NCBI GenBank assembly: GCA_951406725.2
Contig: OX597824.1
Coordinates: 11,904,001-11,968,000 of the forward strand
Length of the DNA: 64,000 nucleotides
Source of the DNA: Octopus vulgaris
Lineage: Eukaryota
Reading direction: 5' to 3'
Position 1 is the stretch's first letter. Every line of letters starts with the position of its first letter. The notes beneath the pieces were generated by a model. The model ran no database searches and had not been told where the DNA came from. It saw nothing but the letters and a program-made list of their open reading frames with translations. Shown piece by piece: positions 52,593-64,000 of this stretch. The translations under genes and the position numbers were made by a program.

Positions 52593-54679
52593 TATATTGT
52601 TATATAATCTATATTGTTATATTTTTTTGAAGCTGTGTTGTGCTGTGTTCACAGAATTGCACTTAAAATCCCACCCCCTTGTTTGCTTCTAGGGTGACAA
52701 CACTATCTACCTATCTATTTATCTTACACATACACACTTGCTCTTTTTTTCTCTCTCTCTCTCTCTCTCACACACACACCCTTCTCTTCTAAAAATACAC
52801 CGTGAAGTATATTTTGGCTCTTCCTTTTCTTTCTCTCCCCTTTAATAAATGTTGTGATGGACAGACAGATGGAGATCCGCTTCTCTTTTATAGTATAAGA
52901 TTTAAAATATTTCTCTTTGTTTTTTTCTTACACAAAATAAAATAAACTTCCTAAATTATTTTGCTATTGGTAGCTGTGTATAGTATCAACATTCAGCAAA
53001 ATATTTTTTTAATTATATGAAACTGTGTTAGGAAGGGCATCCAGCTGTAGAAACTCTGCCAGATCAGATTGGGGCCTGATGCAGCCATCTGGTTCGCCAG
53101 TCCTCAGTCAAATTTTAGTTTGAATTCACCTGCTTACAATCAGAAGTTAACAAATGTAAATGTAGATAATACACTTTCAATTTTCAGTCATCGTTCCAAC
53201 GAACTTTGTCAATTTTTTTTAAACATGTCAATGTTGCCTATGTCTCTGCAATATGCATGTGTAGGCCTGGCAAGATTGTTTCATAGAAGGTTTGCAATTG
53301 ATCATACATGCAAGTTTTCCCTATTCTCACTACCAATTTTTATCCAAAGGAAAAGCTGCCAACATAAGCTGATACAGCTTAGCACTAGAGTCATTACAGG
53401 TGTTGCTGTTTTCAGAACACCAAGAACTAGAACAGATACTGCAAGGTATCTCACCTGGCCCTCTAGCAATTTCACCAATCCATCTCCATCATCCTCAAAG
53501 CAAACCAACTTAATTACTCATTTAAACTAGTTATACTTGCTAATTAAGGAAGCAGGCCATTATTCTTTTCCTTGGATTCTGCAGCTGACTTTACTGTCTT
53601 CAGTTAAAAGGTCATGTTGTTATTAAAGGCTTACCATTTACTTAAAATAGCATGCTGTTCTGTTTTTTAACATTTTAAATGCAGATCTGCCTGAAATTGA
53701 CCTATAATAAATTGTTCATATTTAAATTAAAATCTCATCGTAAAATGAACGATGTCATGTAATTTAAGTTAGTCAGCATTATTGCAAATATTTTACCAAA
53801 CCTTTCAAAAGTCTTCCTCCTCCTCCTCCTATCATCATCATCATCATCACCACTACCACCACCACCGCAACTACTACAACCATCGTCATCATGTTTCTGT
53901 TTCATGCATAGGATGGTTTGACAGAATCTGACAGGTTCAAATACTGCATCATGCTCTAATGTCTGCTTTGGCATGGTTTCTATAGCATGTACATGTTTTT
54001 TTTTGTGTGTGTGTGTGTGTTGCACCAGCATTAGAGGGGGTGCCATACAGTTTGCACCACAATGAACACTGAGGAGATATCTTTATGCCAGAAGGCGAGG
54101 TGTTAAAGTAAGAGAGAAGGGAGCACAGGGACAGTTCCTTGCTGTAGAGGAGCTGCATGACTATAATCAAAAGAAAGTTAATTAATACTAATTAATATTA
54201 ATTTCTGTAAAATCATTGAGCAACCCCCACCTTCACCATTACCACCACCACCACCACCACCACTTGTGAATTCCCACCAATATTTATAAAATTAGTATCT
54301 ATGATATAGTGGTGGTGGTGGTGATGGTGGTGGTGGTGGTGGTTTTGGTGGTGATGGTGGACTCTCCTGTTGTAAATGACAGTTAAGGGTTCTGCAAATT
54401 CTTCCTGTGCATCCTGTACAGATGTTTTTGTGAAGAGTGATCAAATGATTGTATTGGACATCAATTCACTCCCTCCATCAGATAAACATTGGTTGTACAG
54501 TTGCATGGTGTGCCACATGCCACATACCATCGTGATCACAGAGCAATGTGAAATGAAGTGATATGCTCGAGAACAGAATGCACTACCTGGTTCGGGAATT
54601 GAAACCACGAACTTGCAACCATGAGTGCAATACTCTAACCACTTGGGCATGTGCCTTCATTATCTATCATATAATAAAT

Positions 54680-54721
<42 letters not shown>

Positions 54722-55473
54722 GTTTAACGTCCACTTTCCATGCTAGCATGGGTTGGACGATTTGACTGAGGACTGGCGAACCAGATGGCTACACCAGGCT
54801 TCAATCTTGATCTGGCAGAGTTTCTACAGCTGGATGCCCTTCCTAACGCCAACCACTCCGAGAGTGTGTTGTGGGCATTTTTACGTGCCACCAGCACAAG
54901 GGCCAGTCAGGCAGTGCTGGCAACAGCCACGCTCAAATGGTGTTCTTTATGTGCCACCTACACAGGAGCCAGTTCAGCGGCACTGGCAATGACCTCGCTC
55001 AAATTATTTTTTCATGTGCCAATAAGGCGATGCTGGTTATGATCATGCTCGAATGGTGCTTATTACGTGCCACCAGCATGGAAGCCAGTTAGCTGCTCTG
55101 GCAATGATCACACTCGGATGGTTGCCAGAGCAGCTAACTGGCTTTCTTGCCAGTAACACGTAATATAATAAATATAATACAGTGTAATATAGTAATATAA
55201 TAAATATCATCATCATCATCATCATCATCATTTAGCGTCCGCTTTCCATGCTAGCATGGATTGGACAGTTCAACTGGGGTCTGTGAAGCTGAAAGGCTTC
55301 GTCAGGCCCAGTCAGATCTGGCAGTGTTTCTACGGCTGGATGCCCTTCCTAACGCCAAAATATGATATAGTATAATATAATATTATATAATATATTGTAA
55401 TGTAATGTTGTGTAATGACATGAAATAAATACAATATATAACATAACAAAATTTATATTTTTTATATTTTCAG

Positions 55474-55641
55474 TCCAGTATGGAAAACCTGCATCGGGAG
55501 AAAACACTTTCAAAGTCAGAAAAAAGTGAAAACACTGAGATACCGATGTCACCTGAGGATAAAAAGTCCATGCAAGAAAATGGAGTAACACTAGTGAAGT
55601 TCCTTCCAAGCAGAGACTTCAAAGTTGAACCAATCAACTAA
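55474..55641 (+). CDS. Probable terminal exon of the K2P gene (cytoplasmic C-terminus)
   Basis: Acceptor ttttatattttcag|; phase 0 matches the donor at 44943. 55 open codons of non-repetitive hydrophilic sequence, SSMENLHREKTLSKSEKSENTEIPMSPEDKKSMQENGVTLVKFLPSRDFKVEPIN*. AATAAA at 55649-55654. Confidence 0.7.
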   Translation, partial: SSMENLHREKTLSKSEKSENTEIPMSPEDKKSMQENGVTLVKFLPSRDFKVEPIN

Positions 55642-56077
55642 TGGATTTAATAAACTAAAGGATTTTATATTTTTGACAATATTTTTTAACATTAATCTGA
55701 TTAATTATCATCTTGGATCTATATATATATTCATATAAAACCATTTGTATCAATAACATCACATCGGATACCAGTAATATCATACATTTCATGCAAACCA
55801 TCCTCATATCGCACATTGTATATTGCACAAAGAAAAAACGATTTGTTAAACGTTGACACACATAAACACACATATACCTACCTACATACATACATACATA
55901 CATACATACATACAAAAATACCCTGTTGTTAATGCTGAAATTCCAATGAAGGAACCTTGGATCTACGTTAGAAACCAGTTCTTTCTCTATTGGCAAGAAA
56001 TCGTGAAATAAACTGAATAATGACATACATACACACACACATATATACATACATACACACATACATATATACACAAA

Positions 56078-56558
56078 CAGCTTTTGTGGAAACTGGATTC
56101 TCGGGGTGGTCATTAAGCTCTGCAGTAATTTTGAGAGCTGTACTTTTGTGATCCTTTCTAACAATTCGCATAAGGGTCTGATGGTCCCTATCTGAAAGTT
56201 TGGGTTTTCTTCTGGAGTTTTGTTTTGACGAAGAGGTTTTTCCTTCTTTCTCAAAGGCTGTCATTACTTTTGAGCCAGTACTTCTTGATACACGAAACAT
56301 TTCGGCTGTTTGCATTATGCTAGACCTGCCATGCAGGCACCAACAATTTGACGGCTTTGAAAATCCAATAGATCTGTCATTTTAATGGATTTTAAATACC
56401 TTTTTTTGATATTTCTGAAAAAAACCCAGCAATTTTAGCAAACCATATTAAGCAATACTAATAATAAATCAAAAAACATAAAAACATACAAGCGTTTTAT
56501 AGATATTTCAAAATTATGATGCTATGATGCAAGGCGTTTCCATTATTTTGTCCAACTC

Positions 56559-56562
<4 letters not shown>
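56078..56562 (-). mobile_element. Tc1-like element 5' part (TIR plus transposase N-terminus)
   Basis: TA|CAGGAGTTGGACAAAATAATGG terminus next to (TA)n; TAEMFRVSRSTGSKVMTAFEKEGKTSSSKQNSRRKPKLSDRD is a paired-like HTH region. Confidence 0.8.
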
Positions 56563-56599
<37 letters not shown>

Positions 56600-56657
56600 C
56601 ACACATTCATACACACACACACACATACATACACACATACATACACACACACATACA

Positions 56658-56691
<34 letters not shown>

Positions 56692-56885
56692 CATAGACAC
56701 ACATATACATAGACACACATATACATATACACACATATACATACACACATATATATATACATACATACATGCATACATACATATATATAAACACACACAT
56801 ATACATACACACATACATGCACACACATATACATACACACACATGCACATATATACATACATACATACATGCATACATACATACA

Positions 56886-56957
<72 letters not shown>

Positions 56958-56994
56958 AACACACATACACACATATACATGCATAAAGAAGACT

Positions 56995-57476
56995 GAAGAG
57001 TTATACACCTTCAAAACTTTTTATTACAGTATTATTTTCATTAAATCCACATTAAATTCCAATCTAATACATGTTTCTGCTGCACAAGTGTCCTAATGCC
57101 CTTTCATGTAGCATTTATGTGCATTCAGTTGCTACATATTTGTCCAGGGTAGACATTGCAATGCAGCTTTGTTCAAGGTTTTATCCATGCGGGTGGGTGA
57201 GGCAAACTCAGGAATTCACTGTCAGATAGTCCTTCTTGGAGTATATTCTAGATAAGAATAAGAACGACTAAAACACTAAATTTGCTATTAAATGAGCAAT
57301 TGCTAGTAGAACTTCACCATATATTATTGGGAACTCAAAGTGTAATCTATTCTTAAATTCCTCATCGAAGGACTTTTGGAGATTTATGTAGCAGAAACAT
57401 GTGTCCGATTGGAATTCAATGTGAGTTTAATAAGAATCATAACATAAGAATAAATGTTGAAGTTGTATAAATCTCC
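56995..57476. repeat. Diverged inverted repeat (about 100-bp arms)
   Basis: cacattaaattccaatctaatacatgtttctgctgcac pairs with gtagcagaaacatgtgtccgattggaattcaatgtg. Confidence 0.75.
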
Positions 57477-57692
57477 ATTCTTCTTCATGATGTCTCGATT
57501 CTTGTACACTTTGTAAGCTTTATGAAATATCCATTGAAGCAAACTCGGGATTTACCTAATGAATGAAGTACCACTTAATTGTTTATTTCAGACAATTCTG
57601 TATGTTCCCTAATACTCGATGTGGTTAGCCACATCTGAACTATATCAGAGTGCTAATAAGGATTCCAAATCCCTATTTTTTTATGTTTTATA

Positions 57693-57754
<62 letters not shown>

Positions 57755-57821
57755 GAGGGAATATTATTCCAAACTTACAGGGAAAAATTCAATTTAGAAA
57801 TAATAAATCAAATTTCACAAA

Positions 57822-57901
<80 letters not shown>

Positions 57902-58083
57902 AAAAAACACCTTTTATCAATTCGATAATGAAAAATTAAATTATACATCTAGAAAGTTACTATTGTAGAAAGATTAATGCTTTATCTTATATTTAATCTT
58001 TCTATAACATGTAACTTTCTAGATGGTATAATTTAATTTTTTATTATCGAATTGATAAAAGGTGTTTTTTTTCTAATTTATAC

Positions 58084-58132
<49 letters not shown>

Positions 58133-58304
58133 AGTGGTCACATATTTCATTCCATAACAGCTACCTCTGATGAGTACAGGGTTACATAATCGGATTGTTA
58201 CCTAACACTTTGTGGCACTCCTAACACAAAACTGATTGATAAGATCAGCCAAAATGGATATATAATACTGAATACTTCGAATAATATAAATATATATATA
58301 TATA

Positions 58305-58512
58305 TATTTAGAGAATGTTAGTTATGGCCAGTTCATAGGATTACCAAGTGCTTTGCTTTCATAAAGTATTAGCTTTAGACATGTCTCATCAGACCTTAAT
58401 GGCTGGTGACCTATAACCTCTCTTCATTAGGGTCTGACTAGACATGTGTAAAGCTAAGCAATTTATGGACATGAAACCCTAGGTAACCCTATAATCTAAC
58501 ATTCTCTAAATA
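58305..58512. repeat. Foldback element between (TA)n tracts
   Basis: tatttagagaatgttag / ctaacattctctaaata and agctttagacatgtct..tcagaccttaatg / cattagggtctga..agacatgtgtaaagct. Confidence 0.8.
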
Positions 58513-58595
58513 CTCTCCTGCTCTATATCTTAGGGTGTTCTTCTCTTTCGGATTTATAATTTACTGGTGAAATACACCCACCCACTCACATGTAC

Positions 58596-58748
<153 letters not shown>

Positions 58749-61682
58749 ACTTAGTGTTGATTGTTGGAAAAAAGAGCACTCAACACCACAGTAAAAGTAA
58801 AGTCATTCACATGCTACTCTGAATTCTATGCACAAAATACATATAAAGACACACAAAGATACATGTATTTTTTCATTTTATTTTAAAACTTTTAATTTCA
58901 AAAGAATGCTTTTTGAAGAACAGTTTTTCATAAATAATACACTTCAAAGTGAACAGATAATTAACTTTGGAAACAAACCCAAATTCCATCCGCACACCAT
59001 GAAGCTCTGAATGTCTCTTTTCAATGCTGAATGACACATTTGATCAGTGAAAATTTAGTTTTTGCCAAAGTGTAATACCAGTGTTTGAGAGTGACCAATA
59101 TAGCTGGTGTAATTGGCATTATTGTATTACTGTGGTTTATTTTATGGATTCCAGATGGATTTATAGGATCCAGTTAGCTCAAGACATCATCAGGAAGAAC
59201 CACGTCCGGTTTCAGCCCCTACTCCTCTACTGTTTTGATGTGCCCCCCTCCCCCACCTTTTGGAGGTGTCTTCAGTTCTGGTGTTGGGTGCATGTCTTCT
59301 TTCTTCTGTTCCCTGACCTCTTCGATGTAGCATCAACAAGTGTCACGGGCCTCTGACTGTCTTGTCAAATTTTTCCCTTTTAATACCTACTGCTAGGCTC
59401 CAGCAGGCAGCCTCAGCAAGTTGTCACGTGACACTGTCTCAATTTTAACTGACCAATGAAGGTGCATAGTTTCAGCCCACACATTCTCTAAACGATACTG
59501 TCATCTACCTAAAGGGATGAAGTTTAAATCCTGTTATGAACTCAAGGGCACATATAATTGCTAAATGCTAAAATTATATCCAGGAATCCCTGAAAAGATA
59601 TGAAGAAAAGCAAAATGAAACACAACTCTCTAATGTTTCAGCAGCTGCTCTTAATGAAGGACATCTATTCATTCTGTTGATTTTCTTCCCACTCCTTTTC
59701 TTTACTCCATATTGTAATTGCATTGATGCTCCACGTTTGTTTGTTATTTCTATTTTTGGAGGAATTTTTGCCTTGGTTTTGCCCATATTTTAACTGGATA
59801 TCTGGATATTAACCCTTTTGATACCAACCCGGCTGAAACTGGCTCTGGCCCTGAGTACAAATGTCTTGTTTTCATAAGTTTTGAATTAAAATCTTCCACC
59901 AAACCTTAGTCACAATTTATGTTCCTTACACTAGCTTAATGGTAACTAAGTCATTTTACTAAATTCTTTGTTATATTTAAAGTAATTGAAAGAAACACAG
60001 AGCATCTCAAAATAAATACAGTAACAAAAGGGTTAACCCTTTCACTACAAAATTTATTCTTATGGTTATTTCAGCCAGTATTAATGTTAAAAATCTACTA
60101 AAAATAGAACTGATATTTTCTGCCAACTCATGTTGTCTCAATAAAGTTAACAAATCTCAACAGAAAATAATTTCAAAAGACATTTTCAACAAAAAATAGG
60201 TTGTTGTGTAAAACTGCTTGCTGCGGTTAAGGGTAATGAAGTTCTGAGTTGATATATCTGCTTTCCACAGTAAAAAAAATTAATGATTGTACTAGCACAA
60301 ACTTAATCTGGGATACCACTAGAGCTATCAATCAATCAATCAAATTATAATCCTTAAAACTCAGTGAAATACCATCTCTAAAACTCAACAGAATCACTGA
60401 AAATCAATAAATTATAATCAAAATTTCAATGAATTTTAATCTTTAAACCTTCTAGCATTCAGATTACTCTGTCATATGTTATGCTTATTTATTTACATTG
60501 CTATGAATTAATCATGCATCATTTTGCGGTTTCAGGGTTTTAATGATGTGATTGTTTTTTTTTGTTTTTTTTTACTATGACATTGCAGAGTAGGTGTGAG
60601 ATGTTGGGTCTGGCCAGTTTGAACACAAAAGAGGCAAAATACTTTGGCCAGATATGGTCAGTTTAAATGCTAAACAGTTAAATCTCAATGAAATGTAAAC
60701 TAAAACTCAGTCAATAATAAACTCTAAAACCCGAGGTGAATGGGTTTGCTAGGTTTGTACAAGAGTCTACAGAGTGAAATGTAAAATAAATGGAATTTGA
60801 GTCGTTTCTTCAAAAGATATTAAAAAAGAATGTCAGATATTTTCTTTTGTTACAAAACAAACACCAACATACACTTTATTTCTTATTTCTTTATTGCCCA
60901 CAAGGGGCTAAACATGGAGGAGACAAACAAGGACAGACAACCGGATTAAGTCAATTACATCGACCCCAGTGCATAACTGGTACTTAATTTATCGACCCTA
61001 AAGGATGAAAGGCAAAGTCGACCTCAGCGGAATTTGAACTCAGAACGTAAAGACAGACGAAATACTGCTAAGCATTTCGCCCGACGTGCTAACGATTCTA
61101 CCAGCTTGCTGCCTTATTTCTTTAATACACTTTATTTCTTTAATTCTACTGAACTGCATGTCTAACCAAAAGCATCTTGGGGAAAATGAGCAATAAAATA
61201 AAGATGATGAGGATGAAGGTGATGATGATGAGGATGATGACAGGTCATCATCATTATAACTGTAAAGTTATTTTAAAATTTTAGTATGGTGTTTTATTGA
61301 CTTGTGTTTGTTTTCTACTAAAAGGAAAAAAGGGGGAAAAAATGATAGTCTAGATATTCTTTGAAATTTATATTGAGTTATAGTAACGTGTACTTCAATG
61401 TTCCTAGAACTTCTGGTCTTGAGTTTATTTCCAGGTGGGCAGAGTCACTAAACGTTTATTTTGGAAAATTGTGAAAATATTTTGCTCATGCTGGCTAAAG
61501 ATCTGATCTCCATGCTAAAGTCTTGTGATACAAGCAGGAAAATAGAATTCAAAACATGATTTTACATGCATGTATATATGTACATATATATGCATGTGTG
61601 TGTAAATATATATATATATATTATGTGGTAAATCTTCAACAAGTAGAATAGTACTTGATCAGCTAAGAGAGCAAAGATAACA

Positions 61683-61948
61683 TTATAGTAAAAACCACAA
61701 ATCTTGTGAAATACAACCACCCAGGGTTTCCTGACCAAAGCATTAATTTATTTTGCCATTTTTCAAACTGAGAATAAGGCCATTTGTCAGTTGCTTTTTA
61801 CGCAAAGGATTCCTATTCAAATGTCACCTGCTTAAAAACCAACTGACAAATGGTTTGTTCTTAGTTTGAAAAATGGCAAAATAAATTAAGGCTTCAGTCA
61901 GAAACCCTAGGTGGTTGTGTTTCACAAGACTTTCAGTTTTTATCATAA
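61683..61948. repeat. Foldback element (about 120-bp arms)
   Basis: ttaatttattttgccatttttcaaact / agtttgaaaaatggcaaaataaattaa and flanking pairing. Confidence 0.88.
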
Positions 61949-62114
61949 AATTATACACACATATACATATATATGTATATACACATAATTAGGATAAAGT
62001 CATTAAATTAATACAAAAAAGACCATATGGGTTAAATTTATATTTAAAGTATAATTATAAGAATATAATTGTAATAATATTTATTATATTTTTATAATTA
62101 TACTTTATACATAT

Positions 62115-63071
62115 ACATATATATATATATAAGATGGAAGATGTGTTTGTGTGTGTGTATGTGACAGGCCATTTACTCGATCCCACTTAAAATCAATATT
62201 TTTCTTCTGATTTCGTTCATGCTTGGCACTTACATCACTTATGTTCCACAGATGGTTCTACACTCTTTAGATTTTTCGCTTATAGAGTAATGGGGCTTCA
62301 TGTGTCAGAAAAACCGCCATTTCTGTTGAATTGGACCTTCGAACATCATGCTTTTAACATGGAGAGTTCTATGTCAGCTGTTCCAGAGTTGGCCATCTGG
62401 ACAACTTATTCATGTATGCTCCTGAAGGTAAAGCCAAAAATGTCATCTACAAAGTATCTCTACTGTAGATATTCCTCTACTGCATTCTTCACATCTATGC
62501 CAAACTGTAGCCGTTAGCAATCAAACCTCCTACAAGTATTTCATTGCTATTTTGCTTTACTTCCCTGATTGCTGTTAACAGTACATTTCCTTCAATGACC
62601 CTTCTTACTTCACGCACGCTGTTTGCTTATAAGTGTGCTCTGACATTTATTTTTGTACATGCTGTTATTCTATTTGTGTGTTTGCTATAAATGTTTGCTT
62701 TTCTTTATCACACATGACTTGTCATTGAAAAAAAAACTTCAATGCGGTTGTGTCAGGCATTATGAGAAAAATTAGGACACAGTACAAAACGCTTCGAGTA
62801 AGATATAGGATTCCTAATACCTACTGCAATTGTGATCTCATTTCATGGACTTTCATTTATTTCTAACTGCCAAATTTGTGTTCAAGAAAATTTATTCATT
62901 ATTTAAGTTGCTTAATACCATATCATAAGCTGCTAATGAAAATAGTAATTATACATTTTACGCTTATCACTTGAAACGACTTCTAACTGCGAGCTAATTC
63001 AACTTAAATCGTCCACAGGAGTGTACCATTATAATAAATTACACCACCAAAAGGACGGGTGCATTTGCTAG
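62115..63071 (+). mobile_element. Probable non-autonomous Helitron
   Basis: Starts in tatatataagatggaa plus (tg)n; ends with a weak hairpin cacc..gggtg and CTAG|T at 63068-63072. Confidence 0.45.
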
Positions 63072-63096
63072 TGTGTTTATATATATATATATATAT

Positions 63097-63418
63097 GAGG
63101 GCGCGTGGCTTAGTGGTTAGGGCATTCGGCTCATGATCGTAAGGTTGTGAGTTCGATTCCCGGCGACGCGTTGTGTCCTTGAGCAAGACACTTTATTTCA
63201 CGTTGCTCCAGTCCACTCAGCTGGCAAAAATGAGTTGTACTTGTATTTCAAAGGGTCAGCCTTGTCACTCTCTGTGTCACGCTGATTATCCTCGAGAACT
63301 ACGTTAAGGGTACACGTGTCTGTGGAATGCTCAGTCATTTGCACGTTAATTTCACGAGCAAGCTGTTCCGTTGATCGTATCAGCTGGGACCCTCGTCGTC
63401 GTAACCGGCGGAGTCTTT
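63097..63418 (+). mobile_element. tRNA-derived SINE family D
   Basis: A box TGGCTTAGTGG, B box GAGTTCGATTCC, then tgtgtccttgagcaagacactt. Decayed relatives at about 9240-9480, 45905-46120, 54530-54655(-), 32040-32200(-). Confidence 0.8.
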
Positions 63419-63429
63419 AAGATATATAT

Positions 63430-64000
63430 ATATCTTTTATTTTCATAAAGGCAAGACAGCTGCTGAGGCCCACAAAGAGATATGTGAAGTTTATGGTGTT
63501 GATTACTTAATAGAATGCACATGTCAGAAATATTTTTTTAAATTCCATTTTGGAAATTTTTCACTCAAAGATGTCCAATGTTCTGGTCAACCTACTGAAG
63601 TTGATGATGACTGAATCAAAGCCATAATTGCATCTGATTGTCATATAACTGTGTGAGAGATTGCAGAGAGGTTAAATGTACCATATACAACAATTGAAAA
63701 TCACTTAAAATGTCTTGGACTCGTTAAGAAGCTTGATATTTGGGTTCCACATAAATTGAAAGAGATTCACTTAACACAACGAATCAATATTTGCGATATG
63801 CATCTCAAACACAATGACATCTACCTTTTTTTTAAAACAAATCATCACTGGTGATGAGAAGTGGATTGTCTACCATAACATCATTCAAAAACGATCATGT
63901 TCCAGCACAGACCACATCGAAAGCTGAATTGCATCAACAAAGGTCATGCTGTCAATTTGGTGGGATTACAAAGGTGTTGTGTATTTTGAGCTGCTTCCAA
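63430..64000 (+). mobile_element. Decayed mariner, same family as 51322-52592, cut by the window end
   Basis: WVPHKLKEIHLTQRINICD..IITGDEKWIVYHN..VMLSIWWDYKGVVYFELLP. Confidence 0.9.

Noticed and set aside
53302-53508. Minus-strand ORF with a cag|gtgaga donor-like site
   Set aside because: No convincing acceptor, partner exons or recognisable domain.
63097-63170. tRNA gene
   Set aside because: A and B boxes are present, but there is no proper acceptor stem or terminator and it continues into a SINE body.

Overview
AT-rich, microsatellite- and transposon-dense animal DNA. The repeat landscape looks like a coleoid cephalopod such as Octopus; this is an inference, not shown by the sequence. 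The only host protein-coding gene I can support is a + strand two-pore-domain K+ channel (K2P/KCNK, TALK/TREK-like). Three internal exons splice in frame (35924-36088, 41328-41660, 44774-44943), a likely last exon lies at 55474-55641, and a possible alternative last exon at 48794-48823. The first (M1) exon was not found. The strongest non-coding signal is a near full-length SRP (7SL) RNA on the - strand (21881-22178). Its 3' end is fused to a short LINE-like tail and its 5' end abuts a piggyBac-type MITE, so it may be a 7SL chimeric retrocopy or nascent SINE. Two minimal Penelope-type hammerhead ribozyme motifs lie in one K2P intron. Other content: about eight long foldback hairpins, several SINE families, RTE and R4/Dong LINE fragments, mariner/Tc1/Tc2, piggyBac and Helitron remnants, and 15-bp minisatellites. 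Most repeat boundaries are approximate, read by eye. Almost all short ORFs in the supplied track are microsatellite or SINE artefacts.
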